Shown here piece after piece: positions 1 to 14,231 of a DNA stretch of 64,000 nt (position 1 is its first letter; each line of letters opens with the position of its first letter). This DNA is from Nageia nagi (Eukaryota > Plantae > Pinophyta): contig JBITNC010000001.1 of NCBI GenBank assembly GCA_050084985.1, positions 192,076,001 to 192,140,000 of the forward strand. The letters run 5' to 3'. The notes beneath the pieces were generated by a model, which did no database searches, was not told the DNA's origin, and was given only the letters and a program-made list of their open reading frames with translations. Both the position numbers and the translations under genes were made by a program.

Positions 1-864
1 TATGTAAGTATTAAAAATAATTGAATATCAAATGATTGAACATATATAAGAATATATATTTGTTGATATTTTATGATGTTCCCTTTTACTATTCATTTAT
101 TTTTAAGGATGATTTGGTAGTTAGTAACATTGATAGGATACTTATGAGTCCTATGGACCAATTGTGAGTCCTAGTGTGGGACATGTACCTCTTAGAGCTA
201 TATTTGATCATAATTAGAATTTAGGTATAATTTTTGGGATCCTAAAACCCCAATGAATGACTAAAGGTGTGCACATGGATTGGAGGTGAGTACCTAAGTC
301 ATTATGATCCCAAGTCTATTTTGTGTGAATGGAGTGATGTGCCACACACTTGTGTATCCCTAGGAAATATCTAAGCATCCACCATGAGACATCATCTATA
401 CATTGGCATGGTATAGGATTCATAGGACATATTTTAGCATATTTGATATCTTATATCTTTTGAGTGGCAACACCATATCTTGGGCCTCTTGTTTGATGAA
501 AACCTAATGTGGAGAAGGGTTTAATGGGGTATATTCCTCACTAGATATTGGTGAAGGATTGAAACCCTTTACCAATCTAGTCTTGCATCTCAAAACTATG
601 GGTTGAATTCTCTATCAATGTGATATAAATATTTAGAGAGTATTGTTCCCTATATCTAGTCCCTTGATCCAAGCATCAGCCCTCTTGGGCCACTTTGGTT
701 GTATCCTATTCCACCATTGTTAAATACTGATATGTTAGCATTATTTTTCTATTTTGGCTTATGTATTGGATAATTTTATGGCATAATTCCTTGTTCTTGA
801 TCATTTTCTAATTATTTCTTAATTCACCAATAATTTAGAATAAGAATAATTTGGTAACATCATT
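1..864 (+). repeat. 5' LTR of the first gypsy element (left end at or beyond the window edge)
   Basis: Its 3' ~130 bp aligns by eye with the reverse complement of 3482-3610 (e.g. gaataatttggtaacatca vs gaataatttgggaacatcaca). A PBS-like motif follows directly. Confidence 0.7.
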
Positions 865-865
865 G

Positions 866-877
866 TGATATTAAAGC
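866..877 (+). promoter_or_regulatory. Decayed primer-binding site (tRNA-iMet type)
   Basis: tgatattaaagc vs consensus TGGTATCAGAGC; all three differences are transitions. Confidence 0.6.
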
Positions 878-1789
878 TAAAATCCTACCATCTTGTAAGA
901 GGAGTCTTGAATGCAATCAGTTGAGAAGATTTAATAATGATAGAACAAAAATAAGTCTTACATGGAACCTTAGACCAAATCCAAGGAGGATACATGGAGG
1001 TTGCATGGGGATCTAGCTTAGTAGAGTTGGATGAATGAATCGAAGCATGCATAGAGAAAAGAAGAGGTATATGAGGAAATGGATATTACACCTTAGGATC
1101 CAACCAAAAAATATTTGATGACCTACTAAACATGATGAAGATAATTACAAAGAAAATACAATAGTAGAATGAGTGTGCAGCTAGAAAGGAAGCACATGAA
1201 AGGGATGTAAGGGATGTAGGAAGCCCTAAGATGCCTCATACATAGAGATCCACTTCTATTTATGAGATGGATCCATGAGGAGAAGAAGCATAATTAAATA
1301 AGACCCATGAGAAAGAACCACAAGTACATGAAGTATATTTGCATAGATTCAGGGGCTTAGGGATGGATTGAAGAGGTCTAGGGTTTTATTAGGGAGATAC
1401 AATATTTTAGAAATCCAATTCTACTAGTATGATGGATGATGGGGGATATTCATTATTTAAACTAGGATCTACAAGAGATCCACTTACTAAAGATTCAATT
1501 ATGAAGAGATTTTTTAAGAGGGATGTTTTGATTATGGTTGTGATACCTCCATATTTACCACATCCTAGTAATCCTATGTTTCTACCAAGGTAGGAGAGCG
1601 GTATGATTTTGATATCTATGGTTGATCTCAATCATTTATATTGGTATCAATATTTGAATTCACTTGAATTTAAGATTGATGTAATGTTTTCCATTAACGT
1701 AGAGTTTTTGGACAAAAGAACCTATGGGAGTCATTCTCAACACAAATCATGTAAGGATAAGAGAGATCTACAATATAGGCTAAGTAGAA

Positions 1790-2985
1790 TGTAGGTACCC
1801 TTATTCAATGGAAGAAAAAATATGACTACAAGGATATGATTACAAAAAATATAGACATATTTCATGCTTATTACCATGATAGAGAAGGATTTCATATGGT
1901 TTTTCATCATATACATAGAGAGCCTCATGTATGATTGGTGGTAGCATGGTATGACTATGTAGGATCATGAATCTATCACTTCCTTTAATGTATTCTAAAT
2001 AATTATGATAGAACACTTTGATTGAAAGGATAAGGATGATTAATTCAAGGATATGATGATAATAAATCAAAGGGGATCAATGGAAGAGTATGTGGTAAAA
2101 TTCCAATGGTATTTTGTTATGGTTCCTAGCATTTCAAAGAAGAGGATCATCTTCCTCTTCATAGAGGGATTGGAATAACCATTAAGGGGATTGATTAAGG
2201 CTTTCTCCCTAATGTAGTTGTAGGATGCCACAAAGAGAGCATTGTATGTAGAAATTTTTATGATGAGAATCAAGCCCACTATTCCACCTAGGATGGGGAC
2301 ATTTGGGAGAGGGATGGTTGAAGTTGGACCTCCAACCATAAAAAGAAACCAACCACCAGTAGAGAGAAAAATGAACCTAGATATTAGGAATGAGTTAAGG
2401 AAGAAGAACTTGTGCTTCAATTTCAAGAAACCTTGGGAGTGTGGCCATAGGTACTTGGGAAAGGGATAACTTCAATACATTAAGGTTCTTTTATATGATG
2501 ATGATTCATCCCTATAGTTAGAGTTGGAAGGATTGTATTTGAAGTGAGAACCTTTTAATATTGATAGTAAGGATTCCATAGGAGGGATTATTACATCACT
2601 TTATGTAGTATCTAAATACTTCATGCTTAAGGTGAAGAGAATGGCTACAAATCAAGAATTTATGGCATTGATAGATATGAGAGCCACACATAATTTCATT
2701 GATGAAGAATGTATGTACAATAAGGGACTCAATACCAAGGATTTTGAGGGATTTTTATTATTAACACCAATAGGAAATTCACATTAGTGAATAAGATAGT
2801 GGAGAATTTTAGTGTAAGGGTACAAAAATAAATGGTTACAAAGAACTTATACATCTACCCCTTGGATTGCATTTTACATTTAATTTTGGGGGTATAATGG
2901 TTGTACAATTTGGGAAAAATTTGCTCAAACTATCAAAAGTTAGTGATGAAATTTGAGGTTGATGGGAAGGAGTACACATTGTAAG
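1790..2985 (+). pseudogene. gag-protease pseudogene (chromovirus-like)
   Basis: Interrupted frame with VPLFNGRKNMTTRI..., YDWW, a CCHC-derived knuckle and the aspartic protease motif; many stops and frameshifts. Confidence 0.8.
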
Positions 2986-3481
2986 GCATCAAGGATTATT
3001 TTATTCATACTTAATCTAGCTTCTTGGAGAGAGTAATTGGAGCCTAACCATTTAATTGGTAGGACATCATGTTAACCATAAAGGAGGATACCCTTGAGGA
3101 GTTTCATGAGGATTTGAAGTTATTTCCAATAGTAGATAAGGACATATTGAGTTGTAATAACTAGGGAGGAGCTTGATGAGAATGGAATTACTAATACCTA
3201 CCTAGGAATAATTTGTTCACCCTTGTGTGCACTTGGACATTGCAAGAGTTCATCACAAATATCTTGGTGGAAGGTATGATTTATATGGTATTCTTACTTT
3301 GTTTATTTTTTACTATATTTTGAGTTTGGTTCATAGTGAATCCTAGGGAAAGGTTGATAGTATTGAGAAGATAATAGCACTCTCAAAGGATACATTTAGT
3401 GGAATAAGGGATCCATGCTTGGATGTTGATGCTTTTACACATCTAATGAAGGCTTTAGGGACTGTTAATGATATACATCCA

Positions 3482-4273
3482 TGTGATGTTCCCAAATTAT
3501 TCTCATTCAAAATTTATTAGTAAATAATCAATAATTCTATAAATGTTAAAGACCAATAAATTATACCACAAAAATACCCTATGCATAAACCAAAATGGAG
3601 AAATAATATCAACTTCTTAGTATTGAAAAATGATGTAGAAATATACAACCAAAATAGCCCAAGATGTTTGATGTCTAGCTCAAATAACTAGATCTAGGGT
3701 ACAATAATCTAAATATTGACATCACACTACTAGGGCCTTTGACCCTCAGATCTGAGATGCAAATATAGTATAACATAAAGGTTTTTATCTTTATCCAATA
3801 TATAGTGAGGTCTATGTCCCTCTAAATCCTTCTCCACATTATGCTTCAATCTAATGAGAGGCCTAAGAGATGGCATTTCCACTCTAAAGGTAGATGTAAA
3901 ATGTATTCAATAATGCCTTCCTACTCTTACATCAACCATATAAATAGGATTCCCTCAAGGTTAGGTGTATACACACCCACTAAGGAGACATCATGCTTGG
4001 GCATCCACATCATGTCTTAGGATCACATCAAATCATTCACTCATCCTCTAATCATGTATTGTTTTTGGGGATCCACATTATTAAACTTAAATGATTCTAA
4101 TCTATCTTTAGGGAGGATATATCCCACTTTAACGTTCATAATTATTCCATGGGACCCATAAGTATCCTATTCCAATTTACAATGATGCCTAAGAATATAT
4201 GCAACTAATAAATAAATACTCCTAGCTACAAAAGCACCCCTAAAAGGAATAACTTCTAAAATGGAACATAATA
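3482..4273 (-). repeat. 3' LTR (~790 bp) of the minus-strand chromovirus
   Basis: Terminal inverted repeats tgtgatgttcc (3482) and ggaacataata (ending 4273); purine-rich PPT at 4275-4287 on the minus strand. Confidence 0.8.
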
Positions 4274-6370
4274 ATCCTCCCCTACCTAATTGCTTGACCC
4301 TAAGCAATGAAAATTTGTATAAGTATTTATGTTCCTTCCCATGTGGCATCTTCTTCAAGTAAGTGTTTCCATTGACTAAGTACTTCTTAATAATTTAATA
4401 TCTTAGCTTCTTCTCCTTGGTATATAATATGCACTTAATAAATAAGGTTATCCACTCCTTTTCATCAAAAGGTGGTAGGTATAATGAAGGACTTGCATGC
4501 CATCCATGTACCTTCTTCTAACATGACACATTGGAGATGTTGTGTACCTTGTTATCGATAGGTAGCTCCAACTCATATGCCTCTTTCCCCTTCTTATGAA
4601 ACACTATATAGGGTCTAAAAAATCTTGGTTGAAGTTTTTTTACCCCTTTTTTATTCATGTGTGTGGAGTACTTATAGGATTATAGCTCTAAATACATCAT
4701 GTTTCCTTTTTCAAATATGTGTTTTATCCTATTCTAATCAACAAACTTTTTTGATAGTTTTGGGAAAGCTAAAGGTTTTCCTTGAGTATTCTCATGATGT
4801 CTTGGCTATTTTACAAAAAAAACCTTATCCTTTAGTGTACTCCCATACCTAAAAATCATATCTACAAACCTAGGAGCCTCATATTTGTATAACACCATGA
4901 ACAGTGACATTTGTATGGAAAGATGATGAGTGGTATTGTAACAATACTCCCCTAAATATAGCCATTTTATCCATGCTTCTTGTTTTCCTATAACATATTA
5001 TATTAAGTATCCTTTTAAATATTTATTCACTATTTCTATTTATCCATTTATTTGAGGATGATAACTAGTGTTGTGTGTCAAGTTTTTTCCACTCAATTTG
5101 AAGAGTTATTACCAAAACATACTCATAAATGTTTTTTCATTGTCACTTATAATTTGTTTTGGAAGCCATGTAATCTAAATACCTCCTTAAAAAATATTTT
5201 AGCCACTTGCATGGCTATATAGGTGATTTTGATGCTAAATAAATGAGCATATTTTGTCAAATGGTTCACTATAACAAAGACACAATCATTTCCCTATGTT
5301 TGAGGCAAACATATATTGAAATACATGGAGATACTCTCCCATTTTTGCATGGGTATTGGTACTAGTTATAGTAATTATAGAGGATTTAGATTTTATATTT
5401 TATTCTCATAGAATTTGGTACACTCCTTCACATGCCTAAAAATATCCTCCTTAAGCCCCTTTCATGTGAATCTCTCCCTCATAGTTGTATATGTTTTGAC
5501 TATGTTGGGGTGTCTTGCTAATGATATGTTATGCATAATAGTTATGATCTTCTCCTTCATTTTAGATCCTAGCATAAGATAAATTCTATTTTTGTATAAA
5601 ATAAACCCTTCTCTCACTCTAAGCTTGTCATGTATTAAATATCCCTCAAGGATGTTAGTGGCAAAAATATCTTTTACATACTTAGCTATATTTAATATTT
5701 TCTAATCAAAAGTAATAATGGAAAGAGAATAGAAATAAGGGAGATGTGAAATTTCATAAACTATTGTGCTTTTCTTTCCCTTGATGTATTTTATCTCAAA
5801 ATCATAATACTACAATTTTCTTACCCATTTTATTGCTACTCATTGAGGTCTGACTACTCCAAAAAATATTTCAAGCTATTATGATCAATTTTTACAACAA
5901 ATCATCTACACACTTAGTATTGATTATATATATCCAACACATGCATTATTGACAACATCTCCCCATCATACACACTTAAGATATTTTCTATAGGGTTGAT
6001 TTTCCTACTTTCAAAGGAAATAGGCTTCCCCTTTTGCATGAGTACGATCCCTATCCTATACTTGGATGCATCACATACAATAGTAAATGGAATGGAAAAA
6101 TTAGGAATTACCAAAAAAGGATAGGTTCACATTATTCTTTTAATATCATCAAATATTATTTAAACCTCATTAATACAAATAAATATATCCTTGTTAGTAA
6201 GCTACATCCAAGATGCTTCCAACTATGAGAAAATTTGGATGAATCTCCAATATTAGTTGCATAAACCCTACAATCCCCTAAGTGCATGAGTGTGGTGGGC
6301 ATTGGAAACTCTTAGATGGTATGGATTTTTTTATCATCCACTCAAACTCCCTCCTAGATGATACTATGCT
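3482..6370 (-). mobile_element. 3' half of a chromovirus Ty3/gypsy element (end of RT, RNase H, integrase, chromodomain, PPT, 3' LTR)
   Basis: ORF 5914-6114 has RNase H motifs (PFTIVCDASKYRIGIVLMQKGKPISFESRK). Integrase remnants lie at ~4500-5520 (HNTSYHPQINGxIEIVNK; FxPYIVFHKKGKEAYELELP). A chromodomain remnant lies at ~4320-4430. PPT aggtaggggagga abuts the LTR. Confidence 0.9.
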
Positions 6371-8214
6371 CATATTGTTGTTGAATTTATTTTTATTACT
6401 AAAGAATATGTTACCATAGTAATCAATTAAATGGTATTATAGTCATCGATAATGAGGATAAGTTCTAAGCTAATTTTGGGATCCATAATCATCATGAATT
6501 ATTCCTTCTTTACCTCACTGTACTTCACCAACCATGGATCTACTTTTGATGTATCCTCTCTTCCTTGGGTATTATTTTCTTTCTAAGTATTAATTTCTCC
6601 TTGCTTGTTATCCTTGGTGTTAATTTAGGGGAATTTTGTACCCCAAAATGCAATCATCATCATTAAATGAACAATGGTTACATATAATAACAAAGTTATT
6701 CCTACTTGAACTAAATTCTTTGTAGTTATCATTGCATCTACCTCAATTACCATTACTACAAAGATCTCATTTGGGAATGAAGTACTCACATATAAGATTA
6801 GAATTTTTGCTGTTATATATATTATCTTCATGGCCTTTGATTCACCAACATAGTGTACTTCATCTATAGAGGTAGACCTTTATGGAATAGCTTGTCTTTT
6901 GGAGGTTGAGATTTTGAACTAGAATGGGATGATATTGAGGATGGAGTTGGGGTGAAATCCTTATCAATAGTTCATTTAGTATGGTCTCTTTTATTTCATT
7001 GCTAAGGTAGTGGAGACATCAACTTCTTTGTTAAAGCCATATTAGGCTTCCTTTTGTATTGAATCTCTTCCCTTCTTTTTTTTGAGGTGGTGATGTTTAC
7101 AGCATTAGGTTCCTTAATAATAAATCCTATTGATGTGAAATTAATGGAAATATGAGTTAGTTAGCTCTTAAGAGTGGTTATAGGATATGATTACAAAGCT
7201 TTGAGTTCAAAAGTTATGAATAGATGAGTTTGTTTTAGAAATAAGGTGCCCTATTCACTAGGTTGATTAAGATTAATTAGAAGTGTAGTGGTGGGGTTTC
7301 TATAGATAATATGTGAAATGAATAAAGAGGTATCAATGTCCATTTCAAATAAATCCCCTAGATATATTATTTCATATAGTATATATATTCTTTGATAATC
7401 TACTTGGTAAGGGTAGGGGTTAGAGGGTAAGGGTCTCTCTACAACTGTACTATGGATAAAGTTATCATTTATTCTAAAATTTTATCTATAATTTGCAAAG
7501 TGTTCAATGGAAATATTAAGGATTCGTAACTGGCCTTGAATTAAAGTAATGGTTTATTCTACCCATAATTAGAAATATATAAATTCTATTTCTAATAGTT
7601 TGAGTTGGAATACTAGTGATTTCAAATCAACTATTTGTATATTATCATTCTCGTTTGGTAGAAAACTTCAAAAATACATTGTTACTAGAGCTATAAATGA
7701 TCTATACTTTAAATCAAAGAATTTATTGGCCTTCTTACAATCCTCATCATTTGGTCATATTTATTACAAATAAACATATGTTAAGCAATAGCTTCTTCCT
7801 ATCATCATTATGTCATACGTTATCTAGGAATTTATAATGATGATGGATGAATGAGAACCTTTTTAATATAGATTTTGTGAAACCAATTTTTTTATAGCTT
7901 TGAGGGATGATTTTTCAATACCATTTAGATCTAGGGCTTCAATATTTCACCTGGTCCATAATAAACTCATGATTAATGCATAGGAGATAAGACAAATTAT
8001 AGCCATCAAATAAGAGTTATCTTCACTAGATGCATTTAATCCCAACACTTTCTCCACCATATTTTCATTAATTGTATATAATTTATCTAACCAAAATCCA
8101 TCATTTTGGTACCTATTATAAAGTAGCTTTAGCATATGTTTTAGATACTCCAATCTACAAGCTTTAAATCTCTATTTTTTCTCTTTATTCATAATACCAA
8201 TGTTATTTTGTATC
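6371..8214 (-). mobile_element. Decayed accessory-ORF region of an older retroelement (host of the copia and CACTA insertions; probably continues at 13969-14231 and 20890-21650)
   Basis: Minus-strand ORF fragments 7947-8153 (DGFWLDKLYTINENMVEKVLGLN) and a Ser/Pro-rich stretch at ~6880-6960. No gag/pol motifs. Assignment to LTR-element accessory ORFs is inference. Confidence 0.4.
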
Positions 8215-8402
8215 TATTAGAAATAATACATTAGATAATATATACTTTAGGTATCTAGGAATATAATAAATACATTAGTAATTTTACTAATTTTTAATAA
8301 ATGTTTCTTTTTAGTTAATGTACAAGGATCTAACTCCTAAACTAATCCATGTATTTAAACACTCTTCAATAATAGAAATGAATCTTTATCAACTAATTTA
8401 TA
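8215..8402 (+). repeat. Copia 5' LTR (~188 bp)
   Basis: tattagaaataatac...aatttata; direct repeat of 13755-13968, but lacking ~26 bp in the middle. Confidence 0.9.
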
Positions 8403-8405
8403 ATA

Positions 8406-8417
8406 TGGTATCAAAGC
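8406..8417 (+). promoter_or_regulatory. PBS (tRNA-iMet)
   Basis: tggtatcaaagc, 11/12 match to TGGTATCAGAGC, 3 nt after the LTR. Confidence 0.9.
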
Positions 8418-9829
8418 TTAGTCTATTCTCTTCCTTCTATCCTCAATCTTCCAAGTGAAGTTATCGTTATTTTCTATATCCTAGGCATGATTTTGCTAGG
8501 GAAGTGAAGAATAAGAAGATCCTTGAAACATATCCATTATGTGTTCAAGAATTGGAAAGAGATGAGAGGAGAATATATACTAATATATCTCTCCCTCCCA
8601 ACCATTGAGAATGAATCACAACCATTCTATGAGGAGATTAGCTATGAGAAAATATGACTTGGATTGTTGTAGCATGTAAAGGATAGTGTAAATTTGTATT
8701 TATAAAAAAAATAAAAAATAGAGCCTCCCTTTGGTGTACTCCTCACCAAGCCCATTACCTCTATCCAAAACAACCTTCCATTTATCTTCCATTATTTGTA
8801 GCTACCAGTTGTAGGACATTGAGTTGTTTATAGACTCTATAGTGAGAAGAGAAAATACCTTCATGTATATTACCTACTGCTAGTACTATCATCCTCATTA
8901 TATTATGCTAACCTATGCATCACACTATAATTATAATCCTCATCCAAAAATCTTGCACAACCTGGTACGACCCCTCTACTCATACCATCCCACCACAACC
9001 TTCCTCGTTGATCACTCCCTATGATGCCAACTTCAATAATATTGTGTGATGGTGATATTTATATCTCTTTGGATAGTAATTATGAGAGTGTATGATTGTT
9101 AAAAATGCTCCCAAACCATATTCATGCATAGAGTATTTATGGAATGAACTTATCTCCCACCCAACCTCACAACAATCTCCCCAAAATGCCTAGTAGACAT
9201 TAAACAACTAGAGGATTCCATTTAATATATTTACCAATAAATCAAAAGTGCAGATGAAAACCTTTTTTGGAGGAAATAAAATTTTTTATAAGGAGATAAA
9301 ATAAACTATTAGAGGAACAAATTTTAATATTTTCCCATAATAAAAGTATTGATAGCATTATATTTGCCTAGCATAAATATTTGTTTGAAGGAGATGATTA
9401 AAATTTTTAGAGGAGACATAAAAATTTGGGTATATTATTAAATTTTTTGAGGGACATCATAAAATTAGATACACAAAAAATAAATCCAAGTCACTATTAC
9501 TTCAAGGGAAATCCCTTGGTGCATTGGCAAAATACCAAAAATTGTGCAAACAAGGTCTCAAGTTTTAAACCCCTCCATATAACTTAAAATTTTATTTTTT
9601 CTTCTGTAAAAATTACATTAAGCATATGATCAAAATGTAAAAGGTATTAAATCATTTTTTAGCCTATCTCATTAAATTAATACCTTGCAGAACCTATTTT
9701 TTTGAAATAAATTTGTAAAATTTAAAAGTGAAGATAAAGTTTTGTGCACACTCTAAAAAAGATAGTGATTTATTGCAAATTAGTGAAATTAGAGACTGGT
9801 GATTAAATGAAAATTCTTAAAACTTGCAA

Positions 9830-12800
9830 AGCAACATGGCCCACACAACCCCAAAAATTTATTTGCTAATTCATAAGTGTTGAAGGGAAATAACTATGCC
9901 TCTTAAAGGATGAAGATTCTAAAAATATTAGAGTTCAAAGAATTGTGGGATATTATAATTAAAAAAGAAATGCATCCAATAATAGCTAGTGAATACTAAA
10001 ATAAGTTTTATTGAAGAAGTAGGAAAGCTTGTATGGTCATTATTCTTAGTATTTTAGATGATGTACAACCTCATGTATAAGACTCCAAAGATAATGGAGA
10101 AGCATCAAAAAAACTATAGCAAGTGTTTGCATCAATCAATCCAAATCAGATTCAACATTTGTAAGGATAATTACACATATTGAAACTAAAAAGTGGTGAA
10201 CAAATTGAATCCTTTCTTTGCAGAGTTGCAAACCTTTGCACCTTCCTATTGGAATTAAGTAAGAAGGTGTAAGATAAGATCCTTATTCCCATTATATTGA
10301 GAGCACTCTTAAATGCATATCATACTTTATGATGATATTGAACATCCTGAAGAAAATGCTTGACTTTAAAGATTGGTAAACATGTTGCAACAATAAGAAA
10401 CTTCACATGCACCTTATCATGAAGAGAAAGTTATGATGTCACATAAAATATACAAGAAGTACTTCCAGTAGAAAAATAAGGCAAAAATAACCAACAATCC
10501 AATGATAAGTAGAAGATGACTTATATTATTTGTGAAAAAAAAGGACATGAATTGTAGGATTATTTGTACAATTATTTTGATCAAGGCTCTTTGAGAAATA
10601 TGAATAAAAAATAAAAAAAGGAAAGCCCATCAAAATTAGGGGAAGTGGAAAAAAATATGAATACAATGATGATAACATCAAGGAAATGTTGTAAATGTTG
10701 TTAATGAATTAATTTAAGATGTTGGCAATCTCGCTTTTGTTCATAAATACAACCCTTTAGTATCATCCACTTGATATGTTGATTTTGATGCTTTCAATCA
10801 TATTTCTAGCTGAGAAGATTATTTTGCTTACTTAGATGACAATGAAAATCATGTTCAAGTTTGATTGAATGATGATACATCCCATGACATTGAAGGAAAG
10901 GGTGATGTTAATGTTTGACTTGGAAAGAACAACTATCAAATCAAGGAGGTATTGTATGAATAAGGGATCATGAAGAACCTCTTTTTAGTTAGTCAAATGC
11001 TAGATAATGATCTAAAGTTGAAGTTTGATATTCTGAAAGGATAAAAGGTTTTCTTCATTCTTGATAAATCCAAAGGACATTGAATAGTTGAATAAGTGAA
11101 AGGAGTTGGGAGGATGTTTATGCTTGATATTGCAACTTTAAATAATTAGGACCTTAATGTTTATATTGCATATGTGATCACTCTTTAGCACTATATATTT
11201 GGAAATATGAATCCAAACTCCCTAATAAATATGCAAAAGAAGGATATGATACTTGGTTTTCCATCTCTTGCTTCTCCTACTAATATTTTTCTACTTACAT
11301 GACATGAAAATAACACCCAATTCCATTTGATGATAGCCTAAATTATTCTAAAGGACCTCTTGATGTGATCCATACCAATATATGGGCACCAATATAGGCT
11401 ATTTTTTCTAGCCTTATATACTTCTTGTTATTTGTTGATGACTACTCTCAAAAAATGTGGGTATATTTCCTTAATAAAAAGGACCAAACATTTTCCTACT
11501 TCAAGGAATTCAAGACACTTATGGGGAAATAAATTGCTCCATGTATATATGTACACTTCTCATATTGAGTGGGAAATATGTATCAAATATATTTTCTACA
11601 TTCTTTAAGCAGCATGGAATTTAGTGATAGTTGACCACATCTTACACACCACAACAAAATGGTGTTTGTGAAAGGATAAAATGAACCATTATGGAAATGG
11701 TGAGAAGCATGTTGAAAAATGCAAAAATGGATGGAATTTTTTGGGTTGAATTAGTGAATACTACCATATTTATATTGAATAGTGAACCTATAAAAGCTCT
11801 TGATGGGATGACACATGAAGAAGCATGGTCAAGAGAGCAACTCAATATCTCACATCTTTGAGTGTTTGGTTGCACTACCTATATGCACATTCCTAAGAAG
11901 AAAAGGTATATGCTTGATTAAAAATAATTTAAGTGCATTATTCTTGAGTACAATAGTGAATCCAAATCCTATAGACTCATGGATCCTACTACTTGAATAA
12001 CTTATATTAGCAAAGATGTAATCTTTGATGAGACTAGTGAATCTTCAACTAGTCCACCTATAGAGGTACCTAGACCTAGTAGAGGCCCCATAATCAATTG
12101 TGATGATGAGTATGATGAGAGAGAATCTCATGTTATGAATTTTTTACCTAATAATATTAGAATACTAAAATGGTACCAAAAGATACTATAATATTCAAAC
12201 TTGAGTGCTCCACTAGACACTATTATCTCTTGACCAAGGACACAAAGCATGGCTCATGAGGAAGTGAATTTGGCACTGATGAGCACAATTATGAATACAC
12301 TTGAACCTAAAATGATTTTTTAATCTATTAAAATATTATATTAAAAGTTAGCCATACAGGCTAAATATGATGCACTAATGAGAAATGGTATATGGAAGTT
12401 GGTAGATCTTACACCATGAAGAATGCCATTAGACAAAAATGGGTGTTCAAAACTATGTAAAAAGCTAATGGGACATTGTATAAGCATAAGGCCCAACTTA
12501 TTTCCAAAGGATATGCTAAATAGGAAGGTATCAACTATCCCATAACAAAGATGAAGACCATCAAAAGTTGCTTTTTCAATGGCAATATAATTTGGCTAGA
12601 AAATCCATCAAATGGATTTGTGATTTATCTAGGAAAAAAAAATTATGTATATTAATCAAGTCATTATATGGATTAAAATAGGCTCCATGAGTCTAGTACA
12701 TAAAAATTGATTCCCACCTACTACAACATAACTTTAGTAGAAGTTTGTATGATCCTAACCTCTACCTTTGATAATATGGGAGGGATATTGTCATAGTTGT

Positions 12801-13740
12801 AGTATATGTCAATGATCTGGTTAACATCAGCAGTATTGAGGAGTTGATTACATCTTGAAAACATTACCTCAAATGATCATTTATTTTGATTGAACTTGGT
12901 TTACTTCACTATTTCCTTAGATTGGAGGTTTGAAAAGTGTAGGACCATATATTGTTTCATAGATGAAGTACACCATGAAGTTTTTGGTGAAATTCAAGAT
13001 GATATATTACCAATTTATATCCATGTAAATTGAACCTTATTTACATTCATTATGCCATGAGTATTCTCCACCAATAAATACAAATCTCTACCATCAACTG
13101 ATTGGAGGGTTAATTTACCTAGCATACACCATGCCAAATATTTTCTACATCGTTAGTTATGTTTCATAATTTATACATGAACTAAAAAGGCTCAATGGAC
13201 CATGATAAAGAATATTCTAAAATACATTTATGGTAGTAATAGTTATGTCTTGGAGTGTAATAAGGACAACAAGTTAATCTTATCTAGCAAAATAGATGCA
13301 AATTATAAAGGATACTTAGATGATAGAAGATCAACAATAGGATATATGTTATTCCTTAGATCTATATCAATTTCATGGAGTAGTAAAAAATAAATCATCA
13401 CATCCAGATCTACCATAGAGTCATAATATCATGTTGTAATAGATTCTATTTTTGAAGTAGTATAGTTACATCATATTTTGAAATTCCATAGAAGTAACCT
13501 ATTATTTTGCATTATGATAATCAAGGTGTACTGAAACTAGTTTGAAATCCTTATTTTCACAAGAGAACCAAACACATTGAGATATAGGTAAACTTCATTT
13601 GGGATCATGTTTTACTACACAACATCCATCTCTACTACATTTCCATGAAGAAGAAAATTGCAGATGTCTTCACCAAATCTCTTGAAAGTGGAATGTTTGA
13701 ATACTTTCAAAGCTTCTTCTCATGTCCTCTAAATACCTAA
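9830..13740 (+). pseudogene. Copia gag-pol pseudogene
   Basis: Recognisable gag, PR, INT, RT and RNase H motifs broken by many stops and frameshifts; ORF 13202-13393 is the RT/RNase H junction. Confidence 0.9.
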
Positions 13741-13754
13741 TGTATTATGGGGGG

Positions 13755-13968
13755 TATTAGAAATAATACCTTAGATAATAAGTACTTTAGGTATCTAATA
13801 TTATAATAAATACATTAGTAATTCTACTAATGTGTAATAAATTAATATTAGGATTTCAATATTTAAGGATATCTCTTTAGTTAATACATAAGAATCTAAT
13901 TCTTGAACTTCTCCATGTATTTAAATACTCTTAAATAATGGAAATGAATCTCTCTCGGATAATTTTCA
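13755..13968 (+). repeat. Copia 3' LTR (~214 bp)
   Basis: Follows the G-run PPT; tattagaaataatac...aattttca. Confidence 0.9.
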
Positions 13969-14231
13969 ATTGTCCCAAGCTTTGGTGGAGACAATGCCCC
14001 AAAAATACCACCTATATTTTAGAGGGATCAAATTTGGTCAGTTTCCAAACTTCCAAGATCAAAGTTTCTTATTTTTAGACCCTTCTCTAGCTCATACCCT
14101 CAAAATTCCACTTTAGAAAAATCCAAACTTAGTGAATTTTCCTTTAGGCTCATGTTTGCAAGCTTTTATGACATAAAAGATCCAAAAATGATCCCTTCTC
14201 ATAGATTATGCAATTTTGGTATTTTTTAAGA

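Larger units (their letters stand above)
1..3481 (+). mobile_element. Decayed Ty3/gypsy chromovirus-type remnant (5' LTR, PBS, gag, protease, no RT); probably a non-autonomous derivative
   Basis: An LTR-like block ends ...gaataatttggtaacatca at ~862, followed by a decayed tRNA-iMet PBS. Gag remnants lie at ~1790-2470, including the knuckle ELRKKNLCFNFKKPWECGHRYLGKG (ORF 2242-2469). The protease motif LIDMRATHNFID (cf. LIDSGATHNFID) is at ~2668-2703. No RT follows. Confidence 0.85.
8215..13968 (+). mobile_element. Near-complete, heavily decayed Ty1/copia LTR retrotransposon
   Basis: Paired LTRs, PBS tggtatcaaagc at 8406 and PPT atgggggg at 13747-13754. Domain order is gag (~9830-10570), PR (~10770), INT (YTPQQNGVCER at ~11643), RT (VYVNDL at ~12802) and RNase H (DANYKGYLDDRRSTIGY; HKRTKHIEI at ~13558), the copia order. 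Confidence 0.95.

Noticed and set aside
8210-13974. TSD for the copia element
   Set aside because: The flanks gtatc and attgt do not match convincingly.
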